Positions 7,937 to 16,182 of a stretch of 64,000 bases of DNA are shown one piece after another. Position numbers and translations under genes: made by a program. This stretch comes from Cryomorphaceae bacterium (lineage in GTDB: Bacteria > Bacteroidota > Bacteroidia > Flavobacteriales > Schleiferiaceae). Every line of letters starts with the position of its first letter. Within the stretch, counting starts at the first letter, position 1. The notes beneath the pieces were generated by a model. The model was not told where the DNA came from and did no database searches. It worked only from the letters and a program-made list of their open reading frames with translations. The DNA lies in contig JAXITR010000002.1 in the NCBI GenBank assembly GCA_034679985.1, positions 18,532 through 82,531 on the forward strand. Direction: 5' to 3'.

Positions 7937-9273
7937 CGGACGCGGAACGAGCCGCGCGCAATCCAACCGTGATCATTTCCCAATAGGTAGTCGCGGGCCG
8001 GACGCAGGCCCGGTTGAAGCGAACCGCGCAAGAAAAATGACCAATTTTTCCAGGATTTACTCCACTCCGCACTCAATACCCAAGGATTGCTGCCGTAGGG
8101 TTGGGTTCCGTACAGCACTGGCAAACCCGGCGACGCGGAAACCCACGCCGCAGTGGCGGACCACCGACCCCAGGGATTGGATTGGCGGTAGGTCAGTTCC
8201 ACAAGTTCGCTCGTGGGACGTTTCGCCAGCATCGGAGCCGCTCCCCAGTCAACCATCCCCACCGGCCACTTCCCGCTTTGGCTCCAGCGCACCGTCCAAC
8301 CCGAAAAGTTCCCCGAAAAAACTACCCGCCAACCGGAGTCTGACGTCCAATTCCACTGCCCCCGAAGCGCATACTGTGGCGTTGATTTTTCGCCCCGCAC
8401 CCAACCGTCCCATTGGGGCAATTCCCAAGGATTGCGTCGGTAGCGAGCCGTAGCGGTCCAGTGCACCCGCCCGGGAAGACTCGTGTTCCAAGAAGCTTGG
8501 ATGCGTCGCTGCGGCCCGGTTATGGCGGCGGTGCTGCCCCATTCCGCCGTCCAACGCTGCCCGGCTTCCGGCGTCCATACTGCCTGGAGCCAAGGGGACC
8601 AGCCGTAGGTACCCCATCGGATTTGGGCCGTGGAGCGGAGCGATCGGCCCGGAAAGGTGCCCCGCAACTGAAGCCAATCCGTTGGACTGGGGAACCAGTT
8701 GATTTGTGCCGGTCCCCATCCGGCCTGGCCTTTCCACGGCGTTGGGGAACCGACGAGTTGTTTTCCCCAAGCGGCGTGCAACCGCCAATTCCAATGAAAG
8801 GTAGGAAGTCCGTTGGACCAACCGGCGGCCGGTTGGCCCAGGGCGCGAACGGGGGCTTGGCGCAGCAGGTCCAAGGTGCAATAGTGCCGCACCGTGGCTT
8901 GGGTGCACGAATCCATTCCGTCCACAAAATCCAATTCAGACCAATCCAGCAAAGCGCCTCCCCGGCTTCGGTAGTAAGCCAGCGCAGCACCCGGACCCAC
9001 TTCCCAAAAGGGCAAGTCCACCCATTCCGCTGGGGGCAGGGCATTGAGGGCCAACGGAACCTGTTTCCACTGCAAAAGCAATTCGCGTATTGAATCTTGC
9101 GCTGCGTCCGTCACGGGCGCGTTGCGTTCGGACCACCGTTGAACCACTTCCGACGCTTCCCAGCAGGAGGGTTGGCCGGCCACTTCCAGCCCACCGAACA
9201 CCCCAGAAAACCAGACCAACCCCACGAGGTTGAGGCCGTTGGACCACCACCGTTCCAAGCGGTTGATTCCCAT
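7891..9273 (-). CDS. Secreted Trp-rich protein with helix-hairpin-helix (ComEA-like) motif followed by a beta-barrel-like region
   Basis: Track ORF 7891..9876 trimmed to ATG 9273. N-terminus MGINRLERWWSNGLNLVGLVWFSGVFGGLEVAGQ is signal-peptide-like. HhH-like block: LNALPPAEWVDLPFWEVGPGAALAYYRSRGGALLDWSELDFVDGMD. The rest has alternating Trp/Gly/Ser/Thr patterns. Upstream of 9273 the same frame translates to R/P/G-rich non-protein-like sequence. Confidence 0.6.
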   Translation of the reverse strand: MGINRLERWWSNGLNLVGLVWFSGVFGGLEVAGQPSCWEASEVVQRWSERNAPVTDAAQDSIRELLLQWKQVPLALNALPPAEWVDLPFWEVGPGAALAYYRSRGGALLDWSELDFVDGMDSCTQATVRHYCTLDLLRQAPVRALGQPAAGWSNGLPTFHWNWRLHAAWGKQLVGSPTPWKGQAGWGPAQINWFPSPTDWLQLRGTFPGRSLRSTAQIRWGTYGWSPWLQAVWTPEAGQRWTAEWGSTAAITGPQRRIQASWNTSLPGRVHWTATARYRRNPWELPQWDGWVRGEKSTPQYALRGQWNWTSDSGWRVVFSGNFSGWTVRWSQSGKWPVGMVDWGAAPMLAKRPTSELVELTYRQSNPWGRWSATAAWVSASPGLPVLYGTQPYGSNPWVLSAEWSKSWKNWSFFLRGSLQPGLRPARDYLLGNDHGWIARGSFRVRYAPTWTLKLRQKSG

Positions 9274-9866
9274 ACTAACTGCATCCCACCCCCTCGGGAA
9301 AAGGCGGCCAGAACGTTTTGGCTGCTGCTTTTCCACCGGGCGCCCAGGGTCCAGGCCGTGGGGATTCCCGCGGGGTGCAGTTCGCATTGTCCCCAGGTTT
9401 CCCAGCGTCCCCCCGGGCGGTATTCGCCGTACAGCCAACCGGTTGGACCTGCCGATGTCCAGCCCGCCCAAGCCTGGGCCCGGTACCGGGAGTGCTCCCA
9501 GGCGGCCGCCAGAAAGGGGTCTACTCGGTTGTTTTTCCAGCTTAAGCCGCCTGTTGCGCGCCATCCGCGGGCCAGGTTTGCGGAGCCCCACGCCGCGGCA
9601 TGGGGTGCCAGAAAGGCGTCCAAACCCACCTCCCAACCCCACGCACGGCCCTGCCGCCACGTCCATTGGGCGTGCCCGGGCGGGGCCCCCCATTGCGTCC
9701 AACCCAACCAATTTTGGGAAGAAGCGCCGGGCGGCCCCAACGTGGGATGAACCGTCGGGTACTGCGGAGACCACTGCGCGGATAGTGTTGGCCCAAATCC
9801 GGCCCCAAACGCGAGCAGGAGGAAAGTGGGGTTCCAAAGTCGATTCCATAGTCCAAGGTTGGGCAT
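9111..9866 (-). CDS. Secreted Trp-rich beta-barrel-like hypothetical protein; its 3' end overlaps the next gene out of frame
   Basis: Track ORF 9111..9869 (ATG at 9866). Signal peptide MPNLGLWNRLWNPTFLLLAFGAGFGPTLSAQ. 28 Trp in 252 residues by my count. The last ~55 codons overlap 7891..9273 in another frame, so the true 3' end is doubtful (possible frameshift). Confidence 0.45.
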   Translation of the reverse strand: MPNLGLWNRLWNPTFLLLAFGAGFGPTLSAQWSPQYPTVHPTLGPPGASSQNWLGWTQWGAPPGHAQWTWRQGRAWGWEVGLDAFLAPHAAAWGSANLARGWRATGGLSWKNNRVDPFLAAAWEHSRYRAQAWAGWTSAGPTGWLYGEYRPGGRWETWGQCELHPAGIPTAWTLGARWKSSSQNVLAAFSRGGGMQLVWESTAWNGGGPTASTSWGWSGFLGCSVGWKWPANPPAGKRRKWFNGGPNATRP

Positions 9867-9921
9867 CACGAGGCAAACCTCGGACGCAAAATCGCCGCTA
9901 GCCGTAGTTCACGCACTTGCA

Positions 9922-9929
9922 TACGTTTG
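9922..9929 (+). promoter_or_regulatory. -7 promoter box TACGTTTG, 29 nt upstream of the sensor kinase ATG 9959
   Basis: Exact TAnnTTTG match in the divergent spacer. Confidence 0.45.
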
Positions 9930-9958
9930 AAACAAAAAAAAGAGTGCACCTTTGGAGT

Positions 9959-12844
9959 ATGGTCCTTCCAGCGCTCCATTCGCTAATTGTTCGCACTTCC
10001 GCATCGGCGTCTGCTCGCCGCGCGCGGGCGGTCTTGGCCTTGGGGATGGCCCTGCTAGCTCCTGAACCCGGAACTGCACTGACCTCCCTTTCTAGCCCTA
10101 GGAATGCGACCATCACGACCTTTTCAAACACCGAATCGTCCCGGTTAACGCTCACCGCCGCCGGGCTTACCGGACGCGAAGTGCGCGTGGAAGACGGGGT
10201 GTCCGGCACGGCCAAGCACGTCCTGGAAGCGGCCGACGGCACGCTGTGGGTGGCGTGGGAAGGGCAGGGAATCTCCGCGCGCTATGCCGGAAAAGAACGA
10301 CGGTACGGGGTGGTTGACGGCTTGCCCTCGCCGGTGGTTTATCGGTTGGTGGAAGGAAAAAACAGGAGTACCGACGTTGCTCGCTCCTCATCAACTCTTT
10401 TTGCCGCCACCGAAAAGGGAATTGCCGCTTGGGTGAACGGTCGTTGGGCATTTCGCAAAGGGCTGGGCACGCATCGGTACGTGGATGCCGCAGCATCCCC
10501 CAGCGGTTTGGGTTTTTTGTCCGATCGATTCCTTTTGTTGGAACAGCAGAACAACTCCCGCGAGAACGCGTCGAATCCTGCCTCCAACCCCAAATCCTCA
10601 AGCCCACTTCGTTGGTTGCGCATTCCGCTTCCCGCGGGTGCAAAGGCCGAGTCCCTGGTCTCCTTCAAGGGAAAATGGTACGTTGCAACCCAGCAAGGAT
10701 TGCTCGTTTGGAACGGAAAAAAGTGGTCCCGAAGCGGTCCCAACGAACCGTGTTTTTCCGTGGTTTTGGCGGAGTACAACGGAGAACGCACGCCGGCAGC
10801 AGCGTACCCCAACACGATGCGTTGGGTGGCGGCTGGAGAGGAAGTAACGGTCCCCTGGGAACGGTACGGGGTTCGTTCCTGGAACCGCACGCAATTGCTT
10901 TTTTGGGGTGAATTTGGGCTGGCGGGAGCGGACGGCAATTTGTGGACGGACGAGCGCGATCAGTTGTTGCCCGGTGTGCGGGCGGTACACGAAGTGGGCA
11001 GCTCCTTGTTGGTGTGGACGGACGACGCCTTGTTGCGGTTGCCGGCTCCCCACAGCGTTCTGATTCCCGAGCTGCGTTCCAATGGCTTTCTAACCGTGGT
11101 TCCGGGTCAAACCGCATGGGATTCCCAGAACCACTTTACCTGGGTAGGATCCAACAAAGGATTGTGGACGTGGTCCGCACAAGAGGGACTGCAATCGGCC
11201 GATTTTCCGGGCGGTCGGGTGGTTTTTGATCTGGAGCGATTGAACGATGGAACCTTGGTGGTAGCGTGCGAAAACGGGCTGTATTTTCGGTCTCCGGAAG
11301 GTCGATGGCGCGCCCATCCGCGCCTGCAGGCGTGTCTGGGAACCGTGGTGTACGGGACGAATTTGGTGGTGTCTTTGGGGGACAAAACCGTTCGTTACCA
11401 GCGTACTTCAGCGGCTATCCCCAGCGACCCCAACGCATGGCGCGCCGTAGACAGTGCATCGGGGATGTTTGTGGTGGAGCTGGACGGACCGTTTGCAAAC
11501 GGAGCCGTGTTGGGTTCGGGCACGGACGGTCAACTGTATTCCTACGAAGTCCAGGCATCCGGCAACGCGCAGTGGGTGGCCTACGCTCGGTTTCCGGGTG
11601 CCCCCCTAGTCCACCTGCAGCGGGACGCTGAAGCGCGGTTGTGGGCACAAGTGGAAGGGCGCGGCTGGTGGCTCAAGTCTGCCAAGGGATGGGTTTGGGC
11701 GCCGGGCCGGGCAGCAACTGATTTTCGTGCCGCAGAAGAGTCTGCACTGCACTGGAGCAACAACCAGTGGTTTGGCGAACTTTTTGCCCCCAACCAAAGA
11801 ACCAATTACCGCGCACAATGGGCCACAGAGGCAACCGATGGGGAACGCGGAATCAAGCTAAGTTTCAAGCTGGCCGGTGCCGAAAGGCCTGAAGAATTGG
11901 AGTACCGCTTCAAACGGAACGACGGTTCCTGGAACCAATGGTCTGCGGCGTCGGAAACGGTTTGGCCTTTGCTTCCGTACGGACGCCACACGTTTGCGGC
12001 AGAAGTTCGGAATGCGCGCACCCTGCACCGATACGGTCCGTATGCCATGGAGTACACCTTGCCGCGTCCGTGGCAGCAAAGTCCTTGGCTGATTGGGGCT
12101 TTGGCGCTGACGGTGTTGGGCGTTGGGGCCGGAATTTGGCGCGGTCAAATGCGCCGTCGGGCCGAGCAACGCGCGTGGAAGGCCGAGCGCGAGGAATTGG
12201 AGCGCCGGGCCCTGCGTTTGCAAATGAATCCGCATTTTTTGTTCAACGCCTTGGAGAGTATTTCCGGATTCATCCTGCAGAGCAAGCCACAAGACGCCGT
12301 GCTGTATTTGCAACGTTTTGCCAAGCTCATGCGACTCACGCTCCAAAGCGCGCAGAATGCTTGGATTTCCTTGGCCGACGAGTGGAAATTATTGGAAAAC
12401 TACACGGCTTTGGAACAGATCCGGTTTGGCAAGTCTTTTGAAGTGGTTTGGGAACCGGACGAAGCTCTGGACCCTGAGGAGTGGGGCCTACCGCCCATGA
12501 TTTTGCAGCCGGTGGTGGAAAATGCCATCCTGCACGGATTACGCCCGCGATCGTCCGGTGGGATCCTTCGGATTCAGTGGCAAAAATTAGAAAACCAGCG
12601 CATTGCGGTGGTGGTGGAAGACAACGGCGTGGGCCGAAGTGCCGCGGAAAAAGCAGTTCGCACGGACGAAACCCGCCACCGATCTGCGGCAACCTCCATT
12701 TTGGAAGCGCGTTTGGCCCACCTCGCACAAGAATATGGATCCGGCATCGGCTGGACCCTCACGGATTTAACCCACCCCGACGGTTCGCCTGCCGGGACCC
12801 GCGTCACGGTTGTTTTGCCGACCGAAGCGCTGGAAACCTTTTAA
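9959..12844 (+). CDS. Sensor histidine kinase, LytS/YehU type, with a very large N-terminal propeller / Y_Y_Y-like extracytoplasmic region
   Basis: Track ORF 9917..12844; ATG 9959 preferred, start uncertain. There are repeated G-x-LW / GL-x-W propeller-like motifs (DGTLWVAWEGQGI, GKWYVATQQGLLVWNGKKW, NKGLWTWSAQEG, DGTLVVACENGLYFRSPEGRW). A Y_Y_Y-like block ELEYRFKRNDGSWNQW is followed by TM segment WLIGALALTVLGVGAGIW. The His_kinase block is LQMNPHFLFNALESISGFIL and the ATPase motifs are PPMILQPVVENAILHG and VEDNGVG. Confidence 0.85.
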   Translation: MVLPALHSLIVRTSASASARRARAVLALGMALLAPEPGTALTSLSSPRNATITTFSNTESSRLTLTAAGLTGREVRVEDGVSGTAKHVLEAADGTLWVAWEGQGISARYAGKERRYGVVDGLPSPVVYRLVEGKNRSTDVARSSSTLFAATEKGIAAWVNGRWAFRKGLGTHRYVDAAASPSGLGFLSDRFLLLEQQNNSRENASNPASNPKSSSPLRWLRIPLPAGAKAESLVSFKGKWYVATQQGLLVWNGKKWSRSGPNEPCFSVVLAEYNGERTPAAAYPNTMRWVAAGEEVTVPWERYGVRSWNRTQLLFWGEFGLAGADGNLWTDERDQLLPGVRAVHEVGSSLLVWTDDALLRLPAPHSVLIPELRSNGFLTVVPGQTAWDSQNHFTWVGSNKGLWTWSAQEGLQSADFPGGRVVFDLERLNDGTLVVACENGLYFRSPEGRWRAHPRLQACLGTVVYGTNLVVSLGDKTVRYQRTSAAIPSDPNAWRAVDSASGMFVVELDGPFANGAVLGSGTDGQLYSYEVQASGNAQWVAYARFPGAPLVHLQRDAEARLWAQVEGRGWWLKSAKGWVWAPGRAATDFRAAEESALHWSNNQWFGELFAPNQRTNYRAQWATEATDGERGIKLSFKLAGAERPEELEYRFKRNDGSWNQWSAASETVWPLLPYGRHTFAAEVRNARTLHRYGPYAMEYTLPRPWQQSPWLIGALALTVLGVGAGIWRGQMRRRAEQRAWKAEREELERRALRLQMNPHFLFNALESISGFILQSKPQDAVLYLQRFAKLMRLTLQSAQNAWISLADEWKLLENYTALEQIRFGKSFEVVWEPDEALDPEEWGLPPMILQPVVENAILHGLRPRSSGGILRIQWQKLENQRIAVVVEDNGVGRSAAEKAVRTDETRHRSAATSILEARLAHLAQEYGSGIGWTLTDLTHPDGSPAGTRVTVVLPTEALETF

Positions 12845-12855
12845 AAATCAAAGCC

Positions 12856-13608
12856 ATGCTGACTGCATTATTGGTAGACGACGAAGCGCAGGGCCGCGCC
12901 GCCCTCCGGGGAAAATTGGAGTTGTTTTGCCCCGAAGTGAGCCCCATTCACGAGGCCTCTACCGTGGAAGAGGCCTTGACGGCCGTTCTGGCGCATCGCC
13001 CGCAGCTCCTGTTTTTGGACATCCACCTGGGCGATCGGCTGGGTTTTGAATTGTTGGAATTGCTGGCGGCAGAAGAAAATCCATGGAGCGGTGAGGTCAT
13101 CTTTGTGACGGCACACGACGAATTTGCGGTGCGCGCCATCCGCTTCAGCGCCTTGGACTACTTGCTCAAACCCATTGATCCCGAGGAACTTGTTTCAGCG
13201 ATCCGTCGGGCCGAAGAACGCAAAGGATTTGCGCCTGGATTGCCCGTTTTGATGGACCACCTGCGCGGACATTCGGACGCCGGTAAAAAGATCGTGGTAC
13301 CCTGCCAGGACGGCATGCACATTCTGCGCGTTAATGAGATTGTTCGCTGCGAATCAACGAGCAACTACACCCAGTTTTTCATGAAGTCGGGCAAAAAATT
13401 ACTCGCGTCCAAAACACTGAAGGAGTACGACTTGATGCTTTCCGATTACGGTTTTGAGCGCATCCACAAGAGCCATTTGGTCAACATGGAATTCGTCAAA
13501 CGCTACGTCCCTTCCGACGGCGGCTACGTCATTTTGGAGGACGACTCCACCATTCCCGTGGCCAACCGCAAGAAAGACGTTTTGGTGGCGCGGTTGCGCG
13601 CACTGTAG
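12856..13608 (+). CDS. LytTR-family two-component response regulator
   Basis: Track ORF 12481..13608 trimmed to ATG 12856 (MLTALLVDDE), 11 nt after the kinase stop. Receiver motifs: LVDDE, FLDIHLGD, VIFVTAHDEFAVRA, LLKP. LytTR domain: ILRVNEIVRCESTSNYTQFFMKSGKKLLASKTLKEY...FERIHKSHLVNMEFV. Confidence 0.9.
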   Translation: MLTALLVDDEAQGRAALRGKLELFCPEVSPIHEASTVEEALTAVLAHRPQLLFLDIHLGDRLGFELLELLAAEENPWSGEVIFVTAHDEFAVRAIRFSALDYLLKPIDPEELVSAIRRAEERKGFAPGLPVLMDHLRGHSDAGKKIVVPCQDGMHILRVNEIVRCESTSNYTQFFMKSGKKLLASKTLKEYDLMLSDYGFERIHKSHLVNMEFVKRYVPSDGGYVILEDDSTIPVANRKKDVLVARLRAL

Positions 13609-13664
13609 AAATTTGTTTTACCCGACAACCGCAAGAAACACGTTTGCTCGGTCACTACCCAAGA

Positions 13665-14138
13665 CTACAGTTCGCCGGCCATGCGCAGCACGCGCTCCTT
13701 CAGGGATTCCTTGTAGGCCACCATCTTGGCTTGAATGGAGGCGTCCGACGTGCCCAAAATTTGCGCCGCCAAGATGCCCGCATTCGCGGCACCGTTCAAC
13801 GCCACGGTAGCAACCGGCACCCCATTGGGCATTTGAAGGATGGACAAAACGCTGTCCCAGCCGTCGATTGAATTGCTGGATTTAACCGGTACCCCAATGA
13901 CGGGAAGCGGCGTCAAGCTGGCCACCATGCCCGGCAGGTGCGCGGCGCCGCCGGCGCCGGCAATGATCACTTTCAACCCCCGGTCCACGGCCGTTTTGGC
14001 GTACTCCACCATGCGCTCGGGCGTCCGGTGGGCAGAGACCACGGTCATTTCGTAGGGAATTCCCCATTCGGCGAGCAAGTCTGCAGCGGCTTGCAGGACG
14101 GGAAGGTCGCTGCTGCTGCCCATGATGATTCCGACCAT
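13665..14138 (-). CDS. purE: N5-carboxyaminoimidazole ribonucleotide mutase
   Basis: 157 aa. Motifs: [40 protein letters not shown]. Confidence 0.95.
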   Translation of the reverse strand: MVGIIMGSSSDLPVLQAAADLLAEWGIPYEMTVVSAHRTPERMVEYAKTAVDRGLKVIIAGAGGAAHLPGMVASLTPLPVIGVPVKSSNSIDGWDSVLSILQMPNGVPVATVALNGAANAGILAAQILGTSDASIQAKMVAYKESLKERVLRMAGEL

Positions 14139-14149
14139 GAGTTTTGGGT

Positions 14150-15319
14150 TTAGTGGGGCAAAGTTACAACGCGCAAGGCATCGCGGCCTGCGGCCGCTCG
14201 CTTCCGCGCTTCGTCGGCCGTTTCGGCAACTGCCGTCAGGTGTCCCATCTTCCGAAACGGCCGCGTTTCGCGCTTGCCGTACAAATGCAGGTGCACTCCG
14301 GCTTGGGACAAAACGTCCAACGCCCCTTCGTAGTGCACCGGCCCTTGGTGGCCTTCGGCTCCCACCACGTTGGCCATGGCGGCGGCGGCGTGCGCTTGGG
14401 TTCCGCCCAACGGCAGATCGCAGGCCGCGCGCACCAACTGCTCAAATTGCGAAGTAGCGCAGGCTTCTAAGGTCCAGTGTCCGGAATTGTGCGGGCGCGG
14501 TGCCGCCTCGTTGATCCACAGGTTTCCGCTACGGTCCATAAAAAATTCCACGGAAAGCAGGCCTACTAGGCCCAAAGCTTCCACCAACTTGAGGGCCAGT
14601 TCTTGCGCCGCGGCGGCTGCAGCAGGGGAAAGTCGGGTAGGGACCACCACAAATTCAACTTGATTGGCCGTGGGGTGAAAATCCATATCCGTCACCGGGT
14701 AGACGGCCGTTTCGCCGGACCGGGTACGCGCCACTTGAACGGCCACCTCCAGATCCAAGTCCACCAGAGCCTCCGCCAGGCACTCGCCGTTGGGCAGCGC
14801 TTGGGCTTGTTCCTCCGTGCGCACCAGGGTAACGCCAAAACCGTCGTAGCCGCCGGTGGCTGCCTTCCACACAAAGGGAAGGGGCCACGCGCCTGCGGCG
14901 CGGTCTGCGTGCAGCGCTTCGATGCTTTCGTAAACGGTAAAAGGAGCCGTGGGCAACCCAATTTCCGCAAAAAATGCTTTTTGCCGGGCCTTGTTTTGCA
15001 GAATCTGCAACACGCGTCCGGGGGGGAAGCAGGGAATGCCTTCCACCTCCAATTGGATCAAGGCGTCGGCATTGACGGCTTCCAGTTCCAGAACGACGGA
15101 CTGGCACTGCCGGCCAAAGTTCAGAACGGTGGCGTAGTCCGTGAGGGAGCCGCGTTCAAAACGGTGCGCGCCGTACTGCGCGGGAGCGTCCGCCGCGGGG
15201 TCCAGAATGGCCACGGCGATGTCCATGCGGCGGGCAGCGGCCAAAAGCATTTTGCCCAGTTGGCCGCCCCCAACAATGCCAAGGGTGAACTGGGGGTTGG
15301 AAAACGGAGAAGAGGTCAT
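14150..15319 (-). CDS. purK: N5-carboxyaminoimidazole ribonucleotide synthase (ATP-grasp)
   Basis: Track ORF 14150..15931 trimmed to ATG 15319 ([25 protein letters not shown]); the upstream part of the ORF lies inside the preceding gene. The start forms an ATGA overlap with the SprT-like stop. Confidence 0.9.
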   Translation of the reverse strand: MTSSPFSNPQFTLGIVGGGQLGKMLLAAARRMDIAVAILDPAADAPAQYGAHRFERGSLTDYATVLNFGRQCQSVVLELEAVNADALIQLEVEGIPCFPPGRVLQILQNKARQKAFFAEIGLPTAPFTVYESIEALHADRAAGAWPLPFVWKAATGGYDGFGVTLVRTEEQAQALPNGECLAEALVDLDLEVAVQVARTRSGETAVYPVTDMDFHPTANQVEFVVVPTRLSPAAAAAAQELALKLVEALGLVGLLSVEFFMDRSGNLWINEAAPRPHNSGHWTLEACATSQFEQLVRAACDLPLGGTQAHAAAAMANVVGAEGHQGPVHYEGALDVLSQAGVHLHLYGKRETRPFRKMGHLTAVAETADEARKRAAAGRDALRVVTLPH

Positions 15320-16038
15320 GGGTGCCAATGGATTTCCGAAGAAACAGGGGTTGGAGCGGGAAGTGGGGCGTCGGTCCAAACCACTTCTGCCAGGGGATGC
15401 ACGGCAAAGGTACGGCCGCTGCCCACTTCCGTGCAGGCAATGCGGGTGCGTCGGCGCGGTCCTTTTACGAACGCCCGGCCGCTCACCAACCGAAAAGCAG
15501 CCCCTTCGGGCAGATCCCGTACGTGCGGACGTTCGGTCGTTTTGGGGCGGAGCACCTGCAGCAGGGCGGGGTCTGCGCCGCACGAGGCCTTGGGTTTGCG
15601 CAGGGATTTTTCCAGCACGCGCGCCACTTCCGGCTGAAAAACACCCTCCGTCAAAAAGGGGGTAACCACCGCGCGGTAGGCGGCTTGCCATTCGCTGCCG
15701 TGGGGGGCGGGTTTGACCGGCCGTACGGGCCGACCGCGTAAAACAGCGGTCAATTGCTTCAGCGGATTCAGTCCGCCGTTGAATGCACCTTTCTGCGCTT
15801 GCCACGCGGCGTCTACGTGGGCGTGGGCCAGCTCGTGCAAGAGGGTCAGGAGAAAGGCGTCGGGCGGCAAGTCTCGGTTCACCCGAATGCGGGCGGGTTT
15901 GCCGTCGTGCGCGGGCCGGAAGTCTCCCCATTTGGAGCTGCGCGGCGCCACGGCGTCAATGGCACCTGTGAATGCCTGTGCCAGCGGAACCACCAGTTCG
16001 GCGGCGCGCTCGTTGGGCAGCAGGGGAATCCAATTCAC
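15316..16038 (-). CDS. SprT-like zinc-metalloprotease-domain protein
   Basis: Track ORF 15316..16236 trimmed to in-frame GTG 16038, because the longer form would cross the mlaE start. HExxH motif LLHELAHAHV. PHGSEWQAAY and LRKPKASCGADPAL blocks resemble Bacteroidetes SprT-domain proteins (from memory). Confidence 0.65.
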   Translation of the reverse strand: MNWIPLLPNERAAELVVPLAQAFTGAIDAVAPRSSKWGDFRPAHDGKPARIRVNRDLPPDAFLLTLLHELAHAHVDAAWQAQKGAFNGGLNPLKQLTAVLRGRPVRPVKPAPHGSEWQAAYRAVVTPFLTEGVFQPEVARVLEKSLRKPKASCGADPALLQVLRPKTTERPHVRDLPEGAAFRLVSGRAFVKGPRRRTRIACTEVGSGRTFAVHPLAEVVWTDAPLPAPTPVSSEIHWHP

Positions 16039-16154
16039 CGCGACGCGGAAAAATGCGGACAATCGCAGCCGCGCGCCCCGCCGCAGGCCGTTGCCGCGGT
16101 TGCCAGCGCCACCAGCGCCAAAACCGCGAAAAGAGTTGAAAAAGCACGTTTCAT
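16035..16154 (-). CDS. Candidate 39-aa Cys-rich lipoprotein-like mini-ORF, coupled to the SprT-like gene
   Basis: Too short for the ORF track. ATG 16154 gives MKRAFSTLFAVLALVALATAATACGGARGCDCPHFSASR, then TGA. The sequence is a basic n-region, a hydrophobic core, a lipobox-like ATA-C, then a 16-aa tail with 3 Cys and 1 His. Its TGA overlaps the GTG of the next gene (GTGA). A near-consensus -7 box lies 5 nt upstream. Confidence 0.35.
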   Translation of the reverse strand: MKRAFSTLFAVLALVALATAATACGGARGCDCPHFSASR

Positions 16155-16159
16155 CCCCG

Positions 16160-16167
16160 TAAAAATA
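16160..16167 (-). promoter_or_regulatory. Near-consensus -7 box TATTTTTA (minus strand, last G replaced by A), 5 nt upstream of the mini-ORF ATG
   Basis: One mismatch to TAnnTTTG. Lies back-to-back with the mlaE box, 3-nt spacer. Confidence 0.35.
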
Positions 16168-16170
16168 ACG

Positions 16171-16178
16171 TAATTTTA
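16171..16178 (+). promoter_or_regulatory. Near-consensus -7 box TAATTTTA, 4 nt upstream of the mlaE ATG
   Basis: One mismatch to TAnnTTTG. Same 4-nt spacing as the tsaE, nth and ctaA boxes. Confidence 0.35.
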
Positions 16179-16182
16179 GGGC

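Noticed and set aside
9269-9300. Idea that the first Trp-rich gene ends at the third-frame TAG lying 1 nt before ATG 9273
   Set aside because: The third frame upstream of that TAG translates to PRPGPWAPGGKAAAKTFWPPFPEGVGCS. This does not resemble a barrel C-terminus, and no plausible shift point makes it continuous with the first frame.
15956-16147. 63-aa minus-strand track ORF in the SprT-like / mlaE region
   Set aside because: The translation is R/W-rich (MLFQLFSRFWRWWRWQPRQRPAAGR...) and not protein-like. It overlaps the SprT-like coding frame and the better-supported mini-ORF frame.
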